Shown: positions 10,034 to 19,792 of the stretch, piece after piece
Numbering within the stretch: position 1 is the first letter of the stretch
Layout: each line of letters starts with the position of its first letter
Origin: an uncultured delta proteobacterium
GTDB taxonomy: Bacteria > Desulfobacterota > Desulfobacteria > Desulfobacterales > Desulfosalsimonadaceae
Assembly: GCA_963826785.1 (NCBI GenBank)
Contig: CAWGYD010000005.1
Coordinates: 96,001 to 160,000, forward strand
Reading direction: 5' to 3'
DNA length: 64,000 nt
Notes under the pieces: generated by a model
The model's input: the letters and a program-made list of their open reading frames with translations, nothing else
What the model was told of the DNA's origin: nothing
The model's database searches: none
Program-made: the position numbers and the translations under genes

Positions 10034-11573
10034 CTATAATGCTTCTGTGGTCAACGCGGGGTTGTGTTTGATATACTCCAGGCGGTTTAAGCCGTTGATA
10101 TAGGCGTAGGTGGCTGGCGGTGATGATATCCGGATCGGCGCCCCTGCCGATGGCCATGACTTCGTCTTCCTTGAGCCGGACCGTCACCTCGCCCTGGGCG
10201 TCCGTGCCGCCGGTGAGCGCGCTGATGGTAAAGCGCATCAGCTGGGATTTGGTATCCGTCAACTTGGCAACGGCATTGTAAGCCGCATCGATGGGTCCGT
10301 TTCCGCTTCCCGTTCCCATGACCTCCTGACCGTTGATCAGCATCTTGACCGTGGCCATGGGCAGAACCGTGGTGCCGCTGGTGACCTGCAGGTATTTCAG
10401 CGCAAATATGTCCGCCGTGCGCAGCACTTCCTGGTTGACCAGGGCCTCCAGGTCTTCGTCCATCACCACCTTTTTTTTGTCCGCCAGGGCCTTGAACTTG
10501 GTGAACACGATCTTGAGTTCCTCGTCCGACAAATCGTATCCCATGTCTTTCAGGTGGCGGTGCAGGGCGTGTTTCCCCGAGTGCTTCCCCATGACCAGCC
10601 GGGTGCTGGTGAGTCCCACGGTTTCCGGCCGCATGATTTCATAGGTCATGGGGTTTTTCAGCAGTCCGTCCTGATGGATGCCGGCTTCATGGGCAAAGGC
10701 ATTGGCCCCCACGATGGCTTTGTTCGGCTGGACCAGGATGCCGGTGATCATGCTGACCAGCCTGGAAATGGGGACGATCTGGCTGGTCTGGATGCCGGTG
10801 GTCACCGGCGCATAGGTGGGGCGGGTGTTGATGGCCATGGCCAGTTCTTCCAGGGACGTATTTCCCGCCCGTTCGCCGATGCCGTTGATGGTGACCTCCG
10901 CCTGCCGGGCCCCGGCTTTGATGGCGGCCAGGGTGTTGGCCGTGGCCAGCCCCAGGTCGTTGTGGCAGTGAACACTTAATATGGCCTTGCCGATATTGGG
11001 GGTGTGCTCCATGACATAGCGGATCAGCATGCCGAACTCTTCCGGGATGGCGTAGCCCACCGTATCGGGCAGGTTGATTGTCCGGGCGCCGGCGTCGATC
11101 ACCGCTTCAAACACCCGGCACAGAAAATCCGGGTCGCTCCGGGAGCCGTCTTCGGCCGAAAACTCGATGTTGTCGGTGAACTGCCGGGCATAGCGGACCG
11201 CTTCCACCGCCGATTTGAGCACTTCTTCCCGATCCATGTTCAGCTTGTACTTCATGTGGATGTCGGAAGTGGCCAGAAAGGTATGGATCCGGGGTCTGGC
11301 CGCGTGGCAGATGGCCTTCCAGGCCCGGTCGATATCGTTTACCGTGGCCCGGGCCAGGGCGGCGATCTCCGAGTTGACCACTTTTTTGGCCACCTGGGTG
11401 ACGGCTTCAAAATCCCCTTCGGATGCCGCCGGAAATCCGGCTTCGATGATGTCCACCCCCAGTTTTTCCAGCTGGGTGGCGATCCGGACCTTCTCGGCGG
11501 TATTCATGCTGGCCCCCGGCGACTGTTCGCCATCCCGCAGCGTCGTATCAAATATGAAGACTTTTTCTTTCAT
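10034..11573 (-). CDS. leuA: 2-isopropylmalate synthase (apparent +1 frameshift at ~10112)
   Basis: [33 protein letters not shown]; removing one C after ...IITAS restores the conserved tail [11 protein letters not shown], ending at TAG 10036-10034. Confidence 0.93.
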
Positions 11574-11627
11574 CCCTTTATCCCAGATAATCGATTCGTT
11601 GAAGTGGAGTTCGGTTTTCATGGCACT

Positions 11628-13250
11628 CTATCTGCCGTTTCCATTCTGCTTGTTGAGCTTGGACAGCTTGTACTGGAAGCTGTCGGCCAGGGCCTGCCAG
11701 CTGGCTTCGATGATGTCTTCTGAAACACCCATGGTGGTCCATATGGCTTCCTCGTCTCTCGATTCGATGAGCACCCGCACCCGGGCGGCGGTCCCTTCAC
11801 GGCCGTCTAAAACCCGGACCTTGAAGTCCACCAGGTGCACGGGATCCAGGACCTTGCCGTACATGTAGGTCAGGGCCTTTCGCAGAGCGTTGTCCAGGGC
11901 GCTGACCGGGCCGTCGCCTTCCGCGGCGGTGATCTCTTCGGTTTCACCGTCAACCGAGATCTTGATGGTGGCGTGGCAGTAGCAGGGCCGATCCTTGTTT
12001 TTTTCGATGGTGACCCGGAAGGACTCGAGATCAAAGCAGGATTTGAACTGGTTGGCCAGTTTCTCCACCATGATTTGAAAGCTGCCGTCCGCCACATCAA
12101 ACTGGTAGCCTTCGTTTTCCATCTGTTTGACCCGGGCGATGATGTCCTTGGAGTCGATGCCGTTTTCCGAAAGGGATATGCCCAGTTCTTTGGCCTTGAA
12201 TTCGATGTTGCTCTTGCCGGCCATGTCCGATACCAGCACCCGCCGCTGATTGCCCACCAGTGCCGGGTCCATGTGCTCATAGGCCCGGGGCTCCTTCATG
12301 ATGGCATTCACATGAAGCCCCCCTTTGTGGGCAAAAGCGCTTTTCCCCACGAATGGCCGGGTGTTGAGCGGTGTCATGTTGGCGGTTTCGCTCACATACA
12401 ACGAGACCTTGCGCAGTTTTTTCAGATTGTCGTCGGTGATGCAGGGATATCCCATCTTCAGCTTCAGGATGGGGATGATGGCGGTCAGGTCCGCGTTTCC
12501 GCACCGCTCGCCATAGCCGTTGATGGTCCCCTGGACCATGGCCGCCCCGGCCCGGACCGCGGCAATGGAATTGGCCACCCCCAGCCCGGCGTCATTATGG
12601 GCGTGAATCCCGTAGATAAAGGGAACACTCCGCTTTTTCAGAACATCGGATTTGTCAAAATAGGCTTTCACCTCTGTGATGATCATCTCGATTTCGTGGG
12701 GGAGCGTTCCGCCGTTGGTATCGCAGAGCACGAGAGTATCCGCGCCCCCTTCGATGGCTGCGGAAAGGGTCTGCAGGGCATATTTGGGATTGTCCTTGTA
12801 GCCGTCGAAAAAGTGCTCCGCATCATAGTGGACCTCGACTCCGCCGGATTTGAGATAGGCGACCGACTCGGAGATCAGGCCCAGATTATCGCGGAGTCCT
12901 ATGCGCAGGATCTTTCTGACATGCAGGTCCCAGGTCTTGCCGAAGATGGTGCCTGCCGGCGCACCGCTGTCTAAAATGGCATTGAGATGCCGATCTTCCC
13001 CGGCCGTAATGCCGTACTTGTGGGTGGCGCCGAAAGCAGCCATTTTCGCGTTTTCAAAATTTTCCCCGGCAGCGGATTGGAAGAAGTCCCGATCCTTGTC
13101 ATTGGCCCCGGGCCATCCGCCCTCGATGTAATGGATACCCAGGTCATTTAGCCGCCTGGCGATTTTGAGCTTGTCCAGGGCGGAAAAGTTGATTTTTTCC
13201 CCCTGGGTGCCGTCTCTCAGTGTCGTGTCATACAGCCGGATGGGTTCCAT
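11628..13250 (-). CDS. cimA: Citramalate synthase
   Basis: YDTTLRDGTQGE, IEGGWPGAN, YDAEHFFDGYK, AFAHKGGLH, DFKVRVL, IIEASWQAL. Confidence 0.9.
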   Translation of the reverse strand: MEPIRLYDTTLRDGTQGEKINFSALDKLKIARRLNDLGIHYIEGGWPGANDKDRDFFQSAAGENFENAKMAAFGATHKYGITAGEDRHLNAILDSGAPAGTIFGKTWDLHVRKILRIGLRDNLGLISESVAYLKSGGVEVHYDAEHFFDGYKDNPKYALQTLSAAIEGGADTLVLCDTNGGTLPHEIEMIITEVKAYFDKSDVLKKRSVPFIYGIHAHNDAGLGVANSIAAVRAGAAMVQGTINGYGERCGNADLTAIIPILKLKMGYPCITDDNLKKLRKVSLYVSETANMTPLNTRPFVGKSAFAHKGGLHVNAIMKEPRAYEHMDPALVGNQRRVLVSDMAGKSNIEFKAKELGISLSENGIDSKDIIARVKQMENEGYQFDVADGSFQIMVEKLANQFKSCFDLESFRVTIEKNKDRPCYCHATIKISVDGETEEITAAEGDGPVSALDNALRKALTYMYGKVLDPVHLVDFKVRVLDGREGTAARVRVLIESRDEEAIWTTMGVSEDIIEASWQALADSFQYKLSKLNKQNGNGR

Positions 13251-13314
13251 AATCTTCCAAATCCTGGCGACGCCTGCATTTGCACACGTCTTTTCAAATT
13301 GATGCGATTAGATC

Positions 13315-13386
13315 TGGAATAATGGAATGTTGGAATAATGGGTAGGACTCATTTAAAAACCCATTATTCCATTATTCCATATTCCA
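13315..13386. repeat. Inverted pair of short 8-bp tandem repeats (TGGAATAA / TTATTCCA)
   Basis: TGGAATAA-TGGAATGT-TGGAATAA-TGGGT ... ACCCA-TTATTCCA-TTATTCCA-TATTCCA in the ilvC-cimA spacer. Confidence 0.75.
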
Positions 13387-13431
13387 TTTTGATTTTTTAC
13401 CGATAAATGGTGAAAAATACCCGCAGCCGAG

Positions 13432-14485
13432 TTATTTTCCCCGCCGGTCGGGTCTCAGGGACCGGACCGCGGCCCCGGCCTGCCACATTTCCGAATTCTT
13501 GATCTGGTCGAGTTCGGCCTGCAGCTTGACCTTGTAGTCGGGTGCGCCATTGGCCTCGATCACCCGCTTGGTTTCCTTGCCGGTGGCCACCGCGTTATAG
13601 AGGTCTTCGAAGACCGGCGCCACCGCATCGCGGAATTTGGGTGACCAGTCGAGGGCCCCGCGCTGGGCCGTGGCGCTGCAGTTGGAGAACATCCAGTCCA
13701 TGCCGTTCTGGTCCACCAGGCGGATCAGGCTCTGGGTCAGTTCCTCCACGGTTTCATTGAAGGCTTCACTGGGGGAATGGCCGTTCTTGCGCAGGATGTT
13801 GTACTGGGCTTCCATGACGCCGGCCAGGCAGCCCATGAGCACGCCCCGCTCGCCGGTGAGATCGCTGTAAACCTCTTTCTGGAAGGTGGTGGGGAAGAGG
13901 TATCCCGATCCGATGGCAATCCCTATGGCCAGGGCCCGGTCTTTGGCCCGGCCCGTGTAATCCTGATCCACCGCGTAGCTGGAGTTGATGCCGGCGCCGG
14001 CCAGGAAATTCGCCCGCACGCTGGTCCCCGATCCCTTGGGGGCCGCCAGGATGACATCCACGTTGGGCGGCGCAATCACGCCGGTCTGGTCCTTGTAGAC
14101 GATGGAAAAGCCGTGGGAGAAGTAAAGCGCATCGCCTTCATTCAGGCATTCCTTGATTTTGGGCCAGGTGGCCACCTGGCCCGGCGTCGGAGAGCAGTTC
14201 CATGACAATGGTTCCTCTCCGGGCGGCTTCCTCCAGGGGAAACAGAGATTTTCCGGGTACGAATCCGTCCCGGACGGCCTTTTCCCAGTACTCGTCGCCT
14301 TCCATCTGGCCGATGATGACATCGATGCCGTTGTCTCTCATGTTAAGCGCCTGGGCGGGTCCCTGGACCCCGTAGCCGAGCACCGCGATGGTCTCGCCCT
14401 TCAGGATCTCCCGGGCCTTTTCAATGGGGAATTCATCGGATGTGATTACGTCTTCCTTTACGCCGCCAAAATCGATAATGGTCAT
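13432..14485 (-). CDS. ilvC: Ketol-acid reductoisomerase (apparent +1 frameshift at ~14181)
   Basis: IAVLGYGVQGPAQALNMRD in one frame; FSHGF, APKGSG, SDLTGERGVLMG in another; deleting one G gives continuous LLSDAGQVATWPKIK. Confidence 0.93.
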
Positions 14486-14571
14486 GGTTCCCTCCTGTAA
14501 AATGTATTTTAATGTCCGTAAAATGATTTTATTCGTGCACGTGCACGAAAATTCGGATCCCTCTGGATATC

Positions 14572-15057
14572 TTACGCGCCTCTTCCCAGTGCAATGCTTC
14601 CCGTCCGGGCGATCTCCCGGATGCCGAAGGGTTTGAGCAGGTTGAGAATCGCCGCGATTTTGCCCGAGTCCCCGATGATAATAACGGTATAATGCTCCTG
14701 GCCGACATCCACCACCTGCCCCCTGAAAATATCCGTGATCCGCAGGATCTCGGCCCGGTTTTCCGGCTTGGCGTAGACCTTGATGAGAATCATTTCCCGC
14801 TCCACGTATTCCATGCCGGTCAGATCCGTCACCTTGATGACATTGATCAGCTTGTTCAACTGTTTTTTGATCTGCTCCAGGATGATGGTATTGCCTTCGG
14901 TGACCATGGTCACCCGGGAAACATTCTTTTCCACGGTTTCCGCCACGCAAAGACTTTCAATGTTGTATCCGCGGCCGGAAAACAGCCCGGCGATGCGGGA
15001 CAGAACCCCCGGTTCATTATCCACGAGAATGGAAAGCAGATGTTTCTTTTCCTTCAT
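14572..15057 (-). CDS. ilvN: Acetolactate synthase small (regulatory) subunit
   Basis: LVDNEPGVLSRIAGLFSGRGYNIESL, KQLNKLINV, EIARTG. Confidence 0.95.
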   Translation of the reverse strand: MKEKKHLLSILVDNEPGVLSRIAGLFSGRGYNIESLCVAETVEKNVSRVTMVTEGNTIILEQIKKQLNKLINVIKVTDLTGMEYVEREMILIKVYAKPENRAEILRITDIFRGQVVDVGQEHYTVIIIGDSGKIAAILNLLKPFGIREIARTGSIALGRGA

Positions 15058-15157
15058 GTCACAATCCTTTGTCTTTAGAACAAATGCATTTCAACCGATA
15101 TCCAGCGTCTTTCAGGCACATCCATGATCTGATGTCCGCCTGACCCGGAAGCCTTTT

Positions 15158-16846
15158 TCAGACCAGCAGCATCTTGGTGATGGGGGCGCCTGCGGGCACC
15201 ATGGGATAAACGCCTTCTTCCGGCTCCACCACGAAATCCATGATCACGGCTCCCGGACAGGCAAGCCCCTCCTTGAGGACTTTTTCCACTTCATCCGGGG
15301 TCGTCGCCCTCAGGCCCACCGCGCCGTAGGCTTCGGCAAGCTTCACAAAATCGGGCGTGTGCACGAATTTGGTGGATGAATAGGAGCGGTTGTAGAACAA
15401 TTCCTGCCACTGCCGCACCATTCCCAGAAATCCGTTGTTCAGGATCACCACCTTCACCGGCAGTTTGTACTGGACGGCCGTGGCCATTTCCTGGATATTC
15501 ATCTGGATGCTGCCGTCCCCGGCGATGTCCACCACCAGCTGGTCCGGCGCTCCGACCTGGGCCCCCACCGCTGCGGGAAGACCGAATCCCATGACCCCGA
15601 GGCCGCCGGAGGTGATAAACCGGCCCGGCTGGTCGAAATGATAGAACTGGGCCGCCCACATCTGATTCTGCCCCACCTCGGTGGTGATGATGGCATTGCC
15701 CCCGGTCAGTTCGTAGAGCTTTTCGATCACGTACTGGGGTTTGATGGTCTTTTCCTGCTGATACGCCAGGGGGGTGCTGCTTTTCCATGCGGAAATCCGG
15801 GCCAGCCACTCTTTGCGGTTTTCCCCGATATCACTTAAGTCTTCCTGGCACAGCATCTGGTTGAGCAGTTCGAGCGTGATCTTGCAGTCGCCCACCACCG
15901 GGACCGACACCTGGATGTTTTTCTGTATGGAGGTCGGGTCAATATCGATCTGCACGATTTTGCATTGAGTGGCAAATTCGTCTGTTTTGCCGGTGACCCG
16001 GTCGTCGAAACGGACGCCGACCGCGATCATCAGATCGCATTCCGACACGGACATGTTGGCCCGGTAGGTTCCGTGCATACCCAGCATGCCCAGCCAGAGC
16101 GGATCGGTTCCGGGAAACCCGCCCAGGCCCATCAGAGAGCCGGTGACCGGTATCTGTGCTTTGTGGGCCAGTTCGGTCAACTCCGCATTCGCCCCGGACA
16201 GGATGACGCCGCCGCCGGTGAAGATGACCGGCTTTTTAGCTTCCCGGATCAGCTCGACCACCTTCTGGAGTTGTTTTCGATTGGGCACATACGTGGGATT
16301 GTATGAGCGCAGCTGAACCTCGTCTGGCATCTTGAATTCCACGGTGGCATTGCTCACGTCCTTGGGCAGATCGATGAGAACGGGGCCGGGCCGCCCGGAG
16401 CGGGCGATATGAAAAGCCTCCCGGATGATCCGGGCCAGATCCGCCACATCCTTCACCAGGTAGTTGTGCTTGGTGCACGGCCGGGTGATGCCGACGATGT
16501 CGACTTCCTGGAAGGCGTCGTTGCCGATCAGTTTGGTGGGCACCTGGCCGGTAAAGATCACGATGGGGATCGAATCCATGTAGGCCGATGCAATGCCGGT
16601 GACGGTATTGGTGGCCCCGGGACCGGACGTCACCAGGCACACGCCGACCTTGCCGGTGGCCCGGGCATAGCCGTCGGCCGCATGGATCGCCCCCTGCTCG
16701 TGGCGGGCCAGAATATGCCTCAGATCGGTGCGCGCGAGTTCATCATAAATGTCGAGCACGGCACCGCCGGGATACCCGAAAATCGTGTCGACGCACTCCT
16801 CTTTGAGCATTCTCATCAGAATTTGAGCACCAGTCATTTTGCTCAT
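15158..16846 (-). CDS. ilvB: Acetolactate synthase large subunit
   Basis: FGYPGGAVL, RHEQGA, TSGPGATN, GMLGMHG, GDGSIQMN..NN TPP-binding motif. Confidence 0.97.
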   Translation of the reverse strand: MSKMTGAQILMRMLKEECVDTIFGYPGGAVLDIYDELARTDLRHILARHEQGAIHAADGYARATGKVGVCLVTSGPGATNTVTGIASAYMDSIPIVIFTGQVPTKLIGNDAFQEVDIVGITRPCTKHNYLVKDVADLARIIREAFHIARSGRPGPVLIDLPKDVSNATVEFKMPDEVQLRSYNPTYVPNRKQLQKVVELIREAKKPVIFTGGGVILSGANAELTELAHKAQIPVTGSLMGLGGFPGTDPLWLGMLGMHGTYRANMSVSECDLMIAVGVRFDDRVTGKTDEFATQCKIVQIDIDPTSIQKNIQVSVPVVGDCKITLELLNQMLCQEDLSDIGENRKEWLARISAWKSSTPLAYQQEKTIKPQYVIEKLYELTGGNAIITTEVGQNQMWAAQFYHFDQPGRFITSGGLGVMGFGLPAAVGAQVGAPDQLVVDIAGDGSIQMNIQEMATAVQYKLPVKVVILNNGFLGMVRQWQELFYNRSYSSTKFVHTPDFVKLAEAYGAVGLRATTPDEVEKVLKEGLACPGAVIMDFVVEPEEGVYPMVPAGAPITKMLLV

Positions 16847-16971
16847 AGTCAACCTTTCTTCAAATGGATCTCTTTTCCAAGATGCCAGAGTTTAACGATG
16901 ATGTTTTCCAGGCATTCTTTGCGTTTCTTTTTCAGCGTATCTTTATCCCCGTCTCATTTCGCCAAAAGACA

Positions 16972-18640
16972 TTATTTCATTACCGCGCCTTTATCGGCGG
17001 AAGAGACCAGCTTCGCATACCGGGCCATGTAGCCTTTGGTGATTTTCAGGGCAGGGGCCACCCATTTTTCCAGCCGCTCTTTGATTTGTGCGTCATCAAC
17101 GGCCAGGTGGATGCGTTTTGCCGGAATATCGATGTCGATGCGGTCGCCTTCTTCAATAACGGCGATGATCCCTTTCTGCATGGCTTCCGGAGAGACATGG
17201 CCGATGGCCGCCCCCCGGGTGCCGCCGGAAAAACGGCCGTCCGTGATCAGCGCCACATCCGCGTCCAGTCCCATGCCGGCGATGGCCGAGGTGGGGGTGA
17301 GCATCTCCCGCATGCCGGGGCCGCCCATGGGGCCTTCGTACCGGATGACCACCACATCTCCCTTGTTGATTTTGCCGCCCAGGATGGCCTCGGTGGCCGC
17401 CTCCTCGGAATCAAACACCCGGGCCGGGCCCTGGTGCTTCATCATCTTTTCCACCACCGCGGACTGCTTCACCACGCAGCCGTTTGGTGCGATATTGCCG
17501 AACAGGACCGCCAGTCCCCCCTCCTGGTGATAGGGGTTTTCCACCGGCCGGATGACGCCGATGTCGATCATTTTGCAGGCGGCGATATTTTCGCCCACTG
17601 TTTTCCCGGTGGCGGTGATACAATCCGTATGAATCCGGCCGGATTTTGCCAGCACGTTGAGCAGGGCCTGAATTCCGCCGGCATGGTTCAGGTCCTCGAT
17701 GTGGTGCGGACCGCCCGGGCTCAGCGAACACAGGTGCGGCGTCTTTTTGCTGATGGTATTGATCAAGTCCAGATCCATGGGCAGATCTAATTCATGGGCA
17801 ATGGCCGCCAGGTGCAGAACCGTGTTAGTGGAGCATCCCAGGGCCATATCCGCGGTCAGGGCATTTTCAAACGCCTTCTGCGTCAGGATCTTGCGGGGGG
17901 TGATCTGTTTTTCATGCAGTTCCATGATCTTGATGCCGGCCATCTTGGCCAGGCGCAGCCGGGCGGACATCACCGCCGGGATGGTGCCGTTTCCCGGAAG
18001 GCCCATGCCGATGGCTTCGGTCAGGCAGTTCATGGAATTTGCCGTAAACATCCCCGCGCAGGAACCGCAGGTGGGGCAGGCGGCATCTTCGATCTCGAGG
18101 AGCTCGGTCTTCGGTCATCTTTCCGGTGCGGACGGCACCGACCGCTTCAAAGACCGTGATCAGGTCGATTTCCTTCCCCGGGTTCGACGGGTGCCGCCCG
18201 GCCAGCATGGGTCCGCCGGAAATGAAAATGGAAGGGATGTCCAGGCGGGCGGCGGCCATGAGCATGCCCGGCACGATCTTGTCGCAATTGGGGATCATGA
18301 CCATGGCATCCAGGGCATGGGCGGTGGCCATCACTTCAATGGAGTCGGCGATCAGCTCGCGGCTGCCCAGGGAATATTTCATGCCTTCGTGGTTCATGGC
18401 AATGCCGTCGCATACCCCGATGGTGCCGAATTCGATGGGTGTGCCGCCGGCCATGTAGATGCCGGCTTTTACGGCTTCCGTGATCTTGTCCAGATTGACA
18501 TGACCGGGAATGATGGTGTTGACGGAATTGGCAATGCCGATCAACGGCCGTGAAATTTCCTCATCCGTGTAACCGATGGCCTTGAACAGGCTGCGGTGCG
18601 GGGCGCGTTCAATCCCCTTTTTGGCTCTGTCGCTTCTCAT
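16972..18640 (-). CDS. ilvD: Dihydroxy-acid dehydratase (apparent +1 frameshift at ~18106)
   Basis: [37 protein letters not shown]; deleting one C restores [28 protein letters not shown]. Confidence 0.95.
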
Positions 18641-18654
18641 GGCGGCCCTTTCTC

Positions 18655-18738
18655 GAAAAAAAAACCGTTATCAGCCTTTCGTGCTGATAACGGTTTTTTT
18701 CCGGTTTATATGGTTTGGTTTCAAGCCATTATCAACAC
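18655..18738 (-). promoter_or_regulatory. Transcription attenuator (terminator/antiterminator) of the ilv-leu operon
   Basis: Minus strand: terminator AAAACCGTTATCAGC-ACGAAAG-GCTGATAACGGTTTTTTTTT; the alternative arm GTGTTGATAATGG (18738-18726, containing the leader stop codon) pairs with CCGTTATCAGCAC. Confidence 0.88.
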
Positions 18739-18803
18739 TTGTCCCTGTCGCAGGCAATGACGCCTACGATAAGGATAACAAGAAGTAGCAGATAGTTGAA
18801 CAT
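18732..18803 (-). CDS. Branched-chain amino acid leader peptide MFNYLLLLVILIVGVIACDRDKC
   Basis: 23 codons with the run LLLLVILIVGVI, immediately upstream of a terminator and ilvD. Confidence 0.85.
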   Translation of the reverse strand: MFNYLLLLVILIVGVIACDRDKC

Positions 18804-18916
18804 GGCTATAAAATTTTTTCGTATGGGTAAAAAGAAATTGAATTCGGTATCCTTACCAGCATGAAGATCGTTTGTCAAGCCGGTTTTTTGAAGATCGGGC
18901 AAATTTTGAGAAAAAA

Positions 18917-19642
18917 TCATCTTGCCGGGGAGCCGAAGCCGTTTTCAAACCATTCCGGGGCAAGGCGCATGAAGCGTTTTTGGTGATGCGCATCGCTCAT
19001 CGGGTGATCACCATTGGTTTGGCGGATCAGCTTTTTCGGATCCTTCGCTGCCTGATAGATCTCCAGCGCATTTTCAAAGGGTACGATGTTATCCGCATCC
19101 CCGTGGAAGATCAGAATATTGGAAACATGAAACAGCCGGTCTGAGATGTCGAATGCAAGCTTTTCCCGGTTTAAACCGGTCAACAGCGGCTGCTTGTCCG
19201 GATCCACGACATACGGCGGTTTGATGGTGTCGCTGCGGACCGGCGCCGCCACGGTGACCAGGGATGCAATCGGAAAATGGGCTGATGCGGCCATGGAAAC
19301 GGCACCGCCATAGGAACTGCCGAACAGGGCGACCTGTTCCCCGGTTTCCGGCAAAGACGAAATGGTTTAAATGGCGCAAGCCAGGTCCGTGCATCTTCCC
19401 TTGAAAGTGGTAACCGATGCAAAATCCCCCTCGCTTTTTCCGCACCCCCGGTGATCGAAGCGGAAATAGGCGATTCCCCGGGCATTGCATATTTGAGCCA
19501 GGGCGATCTGCTTGGGGGAATTGCCGCTGCTGAGAAGCCCATGGGAACCGATCACCACGGGCGGATTTTTTTGTAGCGGAAGGTGGAGTATTCCGCACAG
19601 CCTCAGGGAATCGGATATGAAATGGATTTCAATTTGGCGCAT
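18917..19642 (-). pseudogene. Alpha/beta hydrolase interrupted by an in-frame TAA (19369-19367)
   Basis: SHGLLS, RFDHRGCGKSEG before the stop; GSSYGG, FHGDADNIVP, GDH after it, all in the same frame. Confidence 0.75.
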
Positions 19643-19792
19643 GGGCTTGCCTTGTGGTAAGGATGCCTTATTACTTCTCTCGCAAAGGCCGCAACGAACT
19701 TTGGATTTACGGGTTCATCATCTCTGGTCTGTGTCGGATTTGTTTTTTCCGTAACGTATTCGGTTCGTGTAAAACCATATCAGGATATATAA

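Noticed and set aside
10110..12974. Long plus-strand ORFs opposite leuA/cimA (and similar antisense ORFs, e.g. 26921-28192, 53987-55069, 60876-61736)
   Set aside because: Shadow ORFs caused by GC-rich codon bias on the opposite strand of clear genes; no recognisable motifs
10034..18640. Programmed ribosomal frameshifting in leuA, ilvC and ilvD
   Set aside because: No slippery heptamers or shared stimulatory structure; single duplicated bases fit sequencing error better
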